NCBI GenBank assembly: GCA_951406725.2
Contig: OX597815.1
Span: 12,400,001-12,464,000, forward strand
Direction of reading: 5' to 3'
Source of the DNA: Octopus vulgaris
Taxonomy: Eukaryota
Length of the DNA: 64,000 nucleotides
The notes below the pieces were generated by a model, which saw only the letters and a program-made list of their open reading frames with translations, was not told the DNA's origin and searched no databases. The position numbers and the translations under genes were made by a program. Shown one piece after another: positions 52,991 to 64,000 of this stretch; position 1 is the first letter of the stretch; every line of letters starts with the position of its first letter.

Positions 52991-55013
52991 TATTTTTGTT
53001 AGATGAGAAGAGATACAGGATACCGTGATGTTTGGCTTGGGGATGCCCAGAAATTTTCAATGGGATCTTTGAAGATGGAAGGCGTTTTTGGGATAAAGTA
53101 GTATCGTGATGACGAACGATCTTGACACATGGATTCAAGCTTTCTACTGAAGCACAATTTTTAACGCAGTTATCTTACAAACAAACCCCAACCGTTATTT
53201 GTATTTGAGTATCCTATAGATTTCCATTGAGCCAGCATATGATCTAAGGTTAAATTGGTGAATGAATACTGCTTTGATCTCTAAAGAAGTTATCGCAGTT
53301 AAACTAATTGTCATATATATAACGTTTTGTTTTATTAGGATTGTTTTCTTTTTCGTTATGAAACAAATCTAACAATATTTCTTCTCTTCCTAAACATCGT
53401 GATTATGTTTAATCGTTCCGTTGTATAGAGCATATTTATCTATTACTTATCTCTATATTTCAGATCATAAATATGTCAAAGTTAGTTTTCTTAGAAACAC
53501 CAGTATATTTATAGCCGAAGTCAGAGGTAAATCTCTGCTTGAGCATCGGACTGGAAAAAACAATTATAATCTGCCATTCCATAAAGTGAAGTGATTTGGA
53601 AAATAAAGAAATATGCTATTAAGATTTTCAGTATTATGTCTCCATATCTTATTATTTCTTATCGCTACGTTCAGTGATATTATTTAAAGAGCTCTCGTGA
53701 ATAACGTGGAAGATTTAGTTCAGGATTCTCACTTTTAATATCATTGATTCAATGCATTATAATAAGTAAAGTGTTAAATTGCATCTTAAATGTCTATATG
53801 CTTATCACCAAAACGAAATTTCTACAAACTTTATACACTGTTGAGAAGAACCGAACAAAAGGAAATTGTATCCGACAAAACTTCAAGTGGTGGATTGCGT
53901 TGTAAGGCAATGAAAAATATACAGACGAATTTTTGGCCAACTAGTAAATCTTTAAACAGTGCAAGATGTATCTTCTAAAAATAATATGTGAATGGCTTAA
54001 ACTTTTTGCTTGAAACGTCTTAATTACACATCTAAATTACTTACATTAAACGTATTAATTACTTAATTTATCATAGTGTTTACATATCTAAAATATCTTG
54101 GTTTTATTCTTTTTTCTAAATATCGATACAACCACAGCTCCACTTCGTGAAAATATTTTATCTGGATTTTAGTCTACACGAAACTTCGGAATGAAATTGT
54201 AGAGGAGGAAACTCGGTAGATAAGAATGCTACTGATCTTCTTTAGGTTAAATAATCTATTAATTGAACACTACCACTAAGGACCTGCATATTTTTAGGAA
54301 AATCTTCACTACTGAAAGTGTAAGAATCCAGATTCGTAAACTACACAAAATCAACTTCATCGCGCTTTATTTTTTGATGACATATTGTAACATTTTTAAT
54401 GCATCATTCTCGTACCATTAAATTTCATGTTGGATTCGATTACTTAAAACTTCGTCGGAATTCAAAATAGCCTCACTTTTGACATTTTAGGGAATTCAAA
54501 ATTGAATTTTAATTTTAAAGTAAACAATGCCTAATTTGTCCATACAACAGTATCATGCACTGCAAATTCTCTTCTTTGAATAGTTCAACATTAATATTTA
54601 CATTAATTAACACTGTATTAAACAATGTTTTCTGTTTTTTCTCTAATCTTCATTAAGTGTTGTATCAACAAGTTCGATGTAGTGACAAACAAATTACTTC
54701 GGGGAAATTGGTTTGCGGACTTTCAGGTTCATAGTTCGAATCTCGTTAAGGTAAACGGTGCAATTACTTTATCGATTAATACATGATCGATAAAATAAAC
54801 AACAGTTAATTACTGAGAGGATTTAATTGAATGCATACCAGGCGGAGCTTATTGTGATCCTGTCATCTTGTTATGAATCATGTCATTTTGCCTTATTGAA
54901 TGAAATTGTCAGCTATATTTTTTTATACTGAGCAAAAATTTTGTACTTGCCAAAAGAATTGAGTAAATTAACTACTAGAAAGAAAACAGAAATCCCCAAT
55001 TATCTCACGTACA

Positions 55014-55421
55014 TTACTCTTTTACTCTTTTACTTGTTTCAGTCAATTTGACTGCGGCCATGCTGGAGTACCACCTTTAATCGAGCAACTCGACCCCGGG
55101 ACTTATTCTTTGTAAGCCCAGTACTTATTCTATCGGTCTCTTTTTTGCCGAAACGCTAATTGCCGGGGACATAAACACACTAGCATCGGTTGTCAAGCAA
55201 TGGTAGCGGGGACAAACACAGACACACAAACATACACGCACACATATACACATATATACGACATGCTTCTTTCAGTTTCCGTCAACCAAATCCACTCACA
55301 AGGCATTGGTCGGCCAGAGGCTATAGTAGAAGACACTTGCCCAAGTTGCCACGCAGTGGGACTGAACCCGGGACCATGCGGTTGGTAAGCAAGCTACTTA
55401 CCACACAGCCACTCCTGTGCC
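55014..55421 (-). mobile_element. SINE family A, full length
   Basis: Complete head, internal (CA/TA) tract and tail, as in the other copies. Confidence 0.95.
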
Positions 55422-56248
55422 TTGATTATTTTACATTGATTTTTTTACAAAAGATTTTATATGAAATTCAGAACCAAAATATCTAATAATGTAATCAAAT
55501 TAAATAGGTATATTAAGGATTAAATATATAGATTTTAGTTCTGAAAATATTCGTTGAATAAAAGTTAAGCTCCTGTCTTTTGCTGGAGAGATTCGTCAAA
55601 CTTCGTTAACTTATTAATTAAGCTTTAGATGCCTCTTCTTAATGGTATTCTGAAACCAGTGTGTATACTTTTATCGTTGGGCCGTATAGGAAACTCTTAT
55701 AAATGAATCGCCTGCTTATATTCTCTTGGCGTCTTCCTCAAGCATTTTATCTATAGAAATCAATGTATAATTTTAAGTATATAATTCATAGTTTCTATTC
55801 AATTAATCTGCCCATCCCATCTAAATACGTTGAAGATAATAAACCAACAGGGTGAAACTCATATTCAAACATCTAAATTAATCATTAGTTTTGCACACGC
55901 ACGCGGACATGACACACCTCCGTAATGCACTTATACGAATAAGTCATGTTAGCATTCATACAAGCGAACACAATACATTTACTGCTGAGAGTAATAATTC
56001 AATTTCAAGAGTTACTACTATAAAGTTTAAAACGTTTCATCCGGTGAGAATGGTTTTAAAGAATATATGATCCTGAAATTAAGAATTGTAACCGTGCTCT
56101 ACAAATCATATTCTCACTGAAATGCGTTACTTTTCTTCAGATCAAACAACGTTCAAGGTCTTACATTCTTGAAGTATAGTTTTAACTATGTATACATAAA
56201 TATTAATAAAAATATATATGTATACACATATATATATACATACATATA

Positions 56249-56411
56249 TACGACAGGCTTCTTTCAGTTTCCGTCTACCAAATCCACTCACAAGGTTTTG
56301 GTCGGCCCGAGGCTATAGCAGAAGACACTTGCCCAAGATGCCACGCAGTGGGACTGAACCCGGAACCATGTGGTTGGTAAGCAAGCTACTTACCACACAG
56401 CCACTCCTGTG
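56249..56411 (-). mobile_element. SINE family A, head half only
   Basis: Same half as 3661-3826, ending at the internal microsatellite. Confidence 0.9.
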
Positions 56412-56421
56412 TATATATGTC

Positions 56422-56471
<50 letters not shown>

Positions 56472-56488
56472 TCCTATGTATATATGTG

Positions 56489-56570
<82 letters not shown>

Positions 56571-56572
<2 letters not shown>

Positions 56573-57260
56573 CACATCCACCCCTTCTCCTCTTCAGTCA
56601 GTTGCTACCATTCCTCCGGATCTTCCCCCTCTTTGAGGCGGAGCGCTACCTTCTCATTCTCAGTAGAGGCCTGCGCTCATCCTCCTCACGACATCAAGCA
56701 ACGAATTTCGGACTCGTGCTGATATCCACAGCTTTGTGCACCGTGATAGGTTGTGAGCGCTCTTCCGCGACATTCCACCTGAATCTAATGAGGAAGACTG
56801 CGTCACCGACCTGGGCCACCGACCATCCCTGTGGACGCCAGTTCCTGGCCAGTTCCAAGTTGTCAATGTTTTTGCGGGCGTCTGCTAGCGCGCTGTGGAC
56901 TGGCTTGACTTTTCCAGGTGTCCTCGACATCTGAACACCACCCAAGCCGAACCTTCAACCCTTTGATGTCTCCAAAGCAAGAAAAGCATCATCATTAAAC
57001 CGGCCGACAAGAGTGGGGCCGTCATGGTGTCACGCCCAGAACTTTACAAGGTGGAAGCTCTTCGCCGAATTCAAGACACTTCCTTGTAATGCCCTCTCCC
57101 TCCAACCCCGGGCCCTGCTACCAACAGCCGGTGTCCTCCACTACCCTATGCTCTCCTCCTCCCCTCTACCCCCACCGCCTCCAACCTCATTGTCCGCATC
57201 CATCGCACCCCTTCTATTTACTTCCTCCCCCAAATCCACATGCCTAATAACGTTCGCCTC
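56571..57260 (+). mobile_element. Penelope-like element ORF remnant (N-terminal region into RT start)
   Basis: Frameshifted peptides [54 protein letters not shown] (DKG motif), PTASNLIVRIHRTPSIYFLPQIHMP (FYxLPKIHK motif); GC-rich; starts at a (TA)n tract. Confidence 0.88.
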
Positions 57261-57461
57261 TGGTACAAGATACGGATAAGGTACACAAATGGCGAAATAT
57301 CGGTATCCATCACTCGAGAATGAGATTTAAGACGAGTTGTTTCTCCAGTCTATGACTTTCGGGGGTTTTAGCACCTAGCGTTACGAGGAGTCCTCCACAA
57401 CCCGCTGTTAAACTGTGAGCAGGCGAACAAGCAAAACATAGATTAATTGTGTGGTTTTAGA

Positions 57462-57505
<44 letters not shown>

Positions 57506-57508
57506 GTG

Positions 57509-57580
<72 letters not shown>

Positions 57581-57775
57581 TGTGTGTAAATTTAGAGAAC
57601 AAACGAATAGATTTCAGTAACAACAATTTCTCTTCCTCGCTAAAGTATATGCACTTTATCTGTTTGTAGTGAACTTACATAGAATTCAACAACGTTAATT
57701 TATATAAATACGCAAGTGGTTCTAGATATCAATCGCTAATTTCCCATTAAAAAAAGGCATTCTTCGGATAAATAG

Positions 57776-57829
<54 letters not shown>

Positions 57830-58313
57830 GGAAAATCCTAATAAAATTCCGAAACCAAATGCCAATGTAGGTATAAGCAGGATGCATCCACACAGCAAGG
57901 ATGGGGTCAGATACAGAGAGATAATTACTATAAAGTAACAACATCGGGATACAAAAATTCTTGGAGGCAATGCAATTCACTTAATTGGTGTAAGGCAATT
58001 ACACTGAAAATGTCTTTTTTTTTTCTTGAATTGAGAAGGAGCGAAACGATAAATTGCAGATTGAATACTGACAGAGGAGAAATAGATTGCGATCTACGCA
58101 TAGAGTAGAAATGATAAAATAGCAAGAAGCACAAGCTAAATGAACTTCCAACAAGAAACGGAGAGAAACAACACTGTAAAATAAGCATCAGTTCTTGATA
58201 TACAGAAATTAAGCAAGCGTGAGATCCAACAAGGTTTGTTATCTTTGGTTAAATACGGAACAGTTTTAGTTATCCAGATATTTACCTAGCCGCAAATGAA
58301 TGCAAATATACAT

Positions 58314-58536
58314 TCTTTTCTACTCTAGGCACAAGACCCGAAACTTTTGGGGAGGGGGGCAGTCGATTGGATCTACCCCACTACACAAATGGTACTTACT
58401 TTATCAACCTCGAAAGGATGAAGGGCAAAGTCGACCTCGGCGGAATTCGAATTCAAAACGTAAAGATCGACGACAAAAACGTATAGACCGATAAAAGCGT
58501 TTCACCTGGCTTGCTAACTTTTCTACCAGCTCGCCA
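58314..58536 (-). mobile_element. SINE family B
   Basis: Core CTCGAAAGGATGAAGGGCAAAGTCGACCTCGGCGGAATTCGAA; flanking repeat GCAAATATA (58302-58310 / 58542-58550). Confidence 0.85.
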
Positions 58537-58735
58537 CGTAAGCAAATATATATCAATAGAAAAAATTATGCGGAAATCAATTTCTAACAAAGCATTACAG
58601 CGGGTCTTATCATTTGAAGTGATCGGGTACTTTTCAAATTCAAATAGTCACATTTACGTTGAACTCACCAGCCACTTTAATCGTGCAATATGCAGACACT
58701 TGAATGTGAAAACTGTGAAGAAAGATTATAACCAA

Positions 58736-59128
58736 CTAGCAGTATCGCCCAGCGTTGCTCGGGTGTGTAAGGGAAATAACTATATAAGCATTTTTAGAGA
58801 TGTAAAGTATAATAGCCATCTCAATATGGCTAACCACAAAGGGGGGTGTTACTGTAGCTTTTTACGTCCTGAGATTTAATAATAAATTTTTAGAGAGTTA
58901 CTTCCCTTATATATGCCAAAAATGCATTAAAAATGGGAAAAATGTATGGTATTTTTTTTTAAATCATAGACTCATCGTAGACCCGCGCTAATACCCAGAA
59001 GGGCTCGATATGAATCACGACTATAAGATACTCGGTTTTGGTTAAACTGCACCGCAAAATGTGGGAGTAGTTAGGAATCTAAATCGTAGGAGACAGACAG
59101 CACACAACCTCACTTTTATATATAAAGA
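58736..59128 (-). mobile_element. Non-autonomous Helitron
   Basis: rc starts TCTTTATATATAAAAG and ends CCCGAGCAACGCTGGGCGATACTGCTAG; inserted A|T; termini match 7231-7625. Confidence 0.85.
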
Positions 59129-59537
59129 TTACCATATACTCCATACAAGGACAGTTGGTCATATGCAATTTGGTCTTTTGTGTATCGTTTGCTTAGCTGG
59201 TGAATGTAAATTGCGAAGATATAATAATTAAGAATTTAGAAGGAAAATATCTTTTTTCTTTTAGTTACCTTGAGGAGTTGTTAAAATCTTAATTGAACGT
59301 TGCTGGAGAAACTGAGGAAATAAAAACAGATCTCGGAAAAGAAACGAAATCTATGATGGAACGAAAATTAAAAATAGTATCCATAATGAATGGAAAAAAG
59401 TCATACAAATCATTCTAGGTCCCAACTACGCGACGGTAGAGAGGCTGGTGTTGATTTTGGAGATTGTGATTTTGATAAAACATTAATTTCTACTCACTCC
59501 CATGATAATATTTCACTTATGATAAAAAAAAATTAAA

Positions 59538-59653
<116 letters not shown>

Positions 59654-60268
59654 TAATAACAATAATGGAAATCAGATTGCAATTGACGATTACTTGAAAC
59701 ATAATTATACGACTGTTGCGGATCGTCTATCGATTCTAAAACAGCATTGCATTAAATATAACCATGAATATTCATTTGAAATTACGTGTTCCAGCTATAT
59801 ATCTTTTTTTCTCTTCCCTCCGCATATTTTCAGATTATGAGGCCTCCCAAATATTAGTTCGTATCCAATTATTGGTTATCAATAAAAGTGAAAATAAAGC
59901 TGAAAATAAACAATTTTGGTATTATGACAACGCTGCCAAAATATGTCATACAAATTGGTTTTGCAACATTTGCAACACCTTGAAAACAATATTAGTTACG
60001 ATAAGCTATTATTCCTCGTCCAAACTTTTAACTACATATATATATATATCTATTGAAATTTCGCGGTTTTCAGATATGGTTTTCATTTTCAGCAATTAAA
60101 GAAGCAAATTATCTCATTTACTTCATTATATTGGAATTAAATAAGTTACACGTGGATGACTTCCCGCTTATTTGCCATTTGTCTCGGATATTATATACAT
60201 TGCTTGGATTTAACCCTTAATAATTACGATTTTGTAAAGTAATCTACCCACGACAAGGTCACACGAGG

Positions 60269-60319
<51 letters not shown>

Positions 60320-61079
60320 ATGTGTCTGTGTGTGTATGTGTGTATGTGTGTACGTGTATGTCTGTGTGTGTATGTTTGTATGTCTTTAGAGTGGTAGTAG
60401 TGAGTGTGTAGTGATGTAATAATTAGGTAGCTAGTTTGAAAACGTCTACGCGTGGATGTGAAAATTTGAAATCTTTGCGGGTTATTTGGAAATTATTATA
60501 TAGATATATAAGGTCTAAGAAATAGTGTTATATATGCACGTGCAAGTGCTAAAACAAATGCAAGTTGGGGTTCTTGGCTACTAAACACAAAGAGGAATTC
60601 GGTGCTAAAATTCTAAATTGAGTAAAAGAGCCCATATGTATGCCTGTGCATTGTTGTAATTCGGGATGGTCATTTGACTTATTTCTTATTTTACTTGTAT
60701 TGCCAAATAAACATACGTACTATATATATGTTTGTTCCTTCACTCCTTTATTACAGTTACCGCGGAGCAAGAACACACACGTAAGTGAGAAATGTCGCTA
60801 AAGGGTGATAGAAGTGTGACAAAAGATTTCCGGACAATGGAGATGTGTTAAAATGAAATAAAAAATAATAATAACAGTAATGAACGAGCGAAGGAATATA
60901 GTGAGTGTGCTTATTTGGCAAGAAAAAAAATAATAACTATAATGACCATCCCGAAATACAACAATATCTGCTTCAACACTTGATTTTACATCAGGAACGT
61001 AGCGAAACGAATTGAAATATGTATATATATTCATACATGTATATATATATGCATACATACATACATACACACACATATA

Positions 61080-61242
<163 letters not shown>

Positions 61243-61319
61243 GAGATAAAATTAGATAATAAAGCCAAGGCTGTGAGGAATTTTCAAGACATTTATAAGG
61301 AAAAAAAGATATAGATAAT

Positions 61320-61367
61320 GTCTTGCAACTGTTTCTGGGACATTATGGATATCCCTTCATCAGAGAC
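61320..61367 (-). ncRNA. Type-I hammerhead ribozyme motif (family H3) in a Penelope pLTR-like segment (~61241-61870)
   Basis: rc GTCT-CTGATGA-A-GGGATAT-CCATA-ATGTCCC-A-GAAAC-AGTT-GCA-AGAC: stem I GTCT/AGAC, 7-bp stem II; stem III looks like a mutated ACAGCTGT-A palindrome. The element 3' end meets (TA)n at 61240. Confidence 0.72.
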
Positions 61368-61973
61368 GGTGTGAGATAGTTAAGTAGCGGTAAATGTTTG
61401 AGGTAGAATTAAAGAATTATTGTGGAAAAGTAGGAACTAGGGAATATAGAGAGAAATAAGAGAATGAATGTAGTAATAAAATATATAATGTTTATTGTAG
61501 TTGCAGTTCCATTGTTCGGGAAATTGGTATATAGAAGTGGTAAAAAATTGAAAAGCGTGAGAAAAAATGAAGAAAAAGGAGAAAGAAAAGCGAAAAGGAA
61601 TGATAGTTGGTGGTCAAGATAATGTGAGAAGAGGATGGAAGATGTGTGGGAGAAGTATAGGAAGAGATGAGAAGGGAAGAAGTGAATACGTATAAGAATA
61701 TGTGTAGGGGTGATGTGGTAGAGCTGCATTACGGAATGGGTAGAGGAAAGGTATGGGTGGAAGTGATACCAAATTGATTAGGAATTTTAGCAGTGAAATT
61801 TAAGGTAGAGAGAAGAATACAAGGATGACAAATTTCTATAAATACACGTATGTAATATGCGAGTGATAGATACGAATCAGAGAGGATATAAGAAATTATA
61901 CTGACATACGCACACGGGCGCACATGTACATATACATGTGTGCACATGCATACGAACATATAAACACACACAA

Positions 61974-62040
<67 letters not shown>

Positions 62041-62342
62041 TATATCCAGACACATATACATACACGTGCATATATATACATGTATGCTCATGCGCATACG
62101 GAAATATATTCCTACACGTATATGCGTGTGTTTAAATATACACATACATAGGCGCAGGCACACACGCATTTGCACAGATTTACTCGCATGCGCGCATGCA
62201 GGTACTTACGTACACATACATACATACATATACACACAATAACTCATATATATCTGTATATACATACGTGCGTATATATACATACACACACGTACATAAA
62301 CATACACACACACACACATATATATGAATATATATTTGATTC

Positions 62343-62554
62343 AAAATGTGACCGCGTGTGTATCGTTGGCGATTTTTTTTCCTCCGTCTTTCTTTCCTTG
62401 GATATTTCCTTTTTCTATGTTTCTGACGAAGAGCTTCGCTCGAAACGTTGAATGTTCCTCCTTTCTTTCTTTTCCCGAGCGTCCAATAACACTATACCTA
62501 TTCCACGTCCCCGCGTTGCTGTCTTCTCTTTGTGTTTTCATGTTTGGATTAACT
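62343..62554 (+). mobile_element. Hammerhead-bearing short element, family H1 (best core)
   Basis: 62419-62449 GTTT-CTGACGA-A-GAGC-TTC-GCTC-GAAAC-GTT; ends CATGTTTGGATTAACT near (TA)n. Confidence 0.82.
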
Positions 62555-62572
62555 TTATATACATATACCGAC

Positions 62573-62623
<51 letters not shown>

Positions 62624-63050
62624 CATACATACACATTTACACACATATATCCGCTTATATGTCCATATATGTAGCGTTAAATTATTGAGGTTATTAAAGT
62701 AAGATTAAATATTAAAATGGAGATAAAGGAAAGTTAAGAAGGGTTGTTAGGGTTTACCTAAGGGTAGTTGTGGATATAACCTGTGTGGTTATTTAGGTTG
62801 CATTAAGATTTGTGGTAAAATTTGAAAATATGAAAAAAGCCGTAGTTGCATATACTTAAGGCCTCATTATATTTATTTAGTTGTGTCGAAGAGTTGTGTT
62901 TCAATATGTAGGCATAGCATACAGGCTACGCGTTGACCTTGGTATGGAAGCCGTGAATCTATTATGCACCATGACAAAATGTAGGGAACATTTCTAACTT
63001 TGAGTGATGTACGTCCATGGCGAATGTTGTGGAATTAGTGTGTTTCTACA

Positions 63051-63116
<66 letters not shown>

Positions 63117-64000
63117 AACACGCACATTCTTGTCTGATGAAGTCAGCGCGTTTATGACAACCCTGTGTTAAAGTGAGTTACTTTTACGATGGGCGAATTA
63201 TTTTCAGTTTGTCTTCCATGTTACTCACACCCTATGAAGCAAGACGTGAGTGAGCGCGTGAATGACTGTAATAAACCACTACTTAACTAAATAAACACAT
63301 ACTAATTGAATGGACCGTAATATATATTCCTCAGATGCAAGAGCGTGGAAAAAGAATATATATTAATTATAGAGAATCCAATAGAAAGACGCTCGGGTAT
63401 GATGAGGTAATTAGCGCTACTCTTAGATTGTTGAAGACCACGCTACGTAATTTAGTCGATATGTAAGCATTCGTGTGAACCCGCATGCGCGTGTTTGTGT
63501 CTGCGTGTGTGTGTGTGTGTTTGTGTGTGCGTGCGTGTGTAAGTTTCAGATATTCGGAGATTGTATACTATATATTCTGGAATAGAGATAGTTTATTACT
63601 TAAGGCTCCGCTGACACTGTTAGATATATTAGACAGTGCTATCAATTCTGTGGGAGTTGTTTTCATCTCCTCAATGATATTCTAATTAATTTGCTATTTA
63701 ATAATTAACGTTCGATGTACACGCATCAGATTAGATACCCAACGGTATTACTCTATTATGTTCATCAAAACCGAGTATGAGACGAACAGTCTCATTAGGG
63801 GACTAATATCTCACACAGAGATGTCATCTCTTTACACTAAATATGTGCGTCAGTAAGTAATTAGGATACATTTTATTGGAAATAGTAAATCTGCCTGATT
63901 TGTCCCTAAATATAGTAGTGTCAAATGTTTTGGTATAACCATTAATCTTACAAAACCCGTTCTATTGTAATAACGATGTATACCTTGATAATCCTACAAG

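Noticed and set aside
53020-53140. Minus-strand DPIENFWA peptide resembling the Tc1 NPIENLW motif
   Set aside because: Single short motif with no supporting neighbouring motifs.
63137-63165. CTGATGA-AGTCA...TGAC hammerhead-like start
   Set aside because: The GAAAC half of the core is missing.

Overview
AT-rich, microsatellite-saturated eukaryotic (animal) non-coding DNA. The SINE families and repeat landscape resemble an octopus/cephalopod genome, which is an inference from recalled repeat sequence. I find no credible host protein-coding exon: most long ORFs in the track are read-through of (TA)n/(CA)n/(TAA)n, and the rest are transposon fragments or unassignable. The window holds four tRNA-derived SINE families, three CR1-like LINE 3' fragments, two R4/Dong-clade fragments, a Penelope-like RT remnant, Tc1/mariner/maT transposase remnants, two non-autonomous Helitrons, a DINE/HINE-like piece, fold-back elements and local duplications. 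The most notable signal is a set of short non-coding elements carrying type-I hammerhead ribozyme cores from several unrelated families. Most end directly on (TA)n tracts, and one is a near-perfect 69-bp palindrome made of two back-to-back hammerheads. A SINE-LINE shared 3' stem-loop with compensatory changes is also visible. All alignments, folds and counts were done by eye and coordinates may be off by a few bases.
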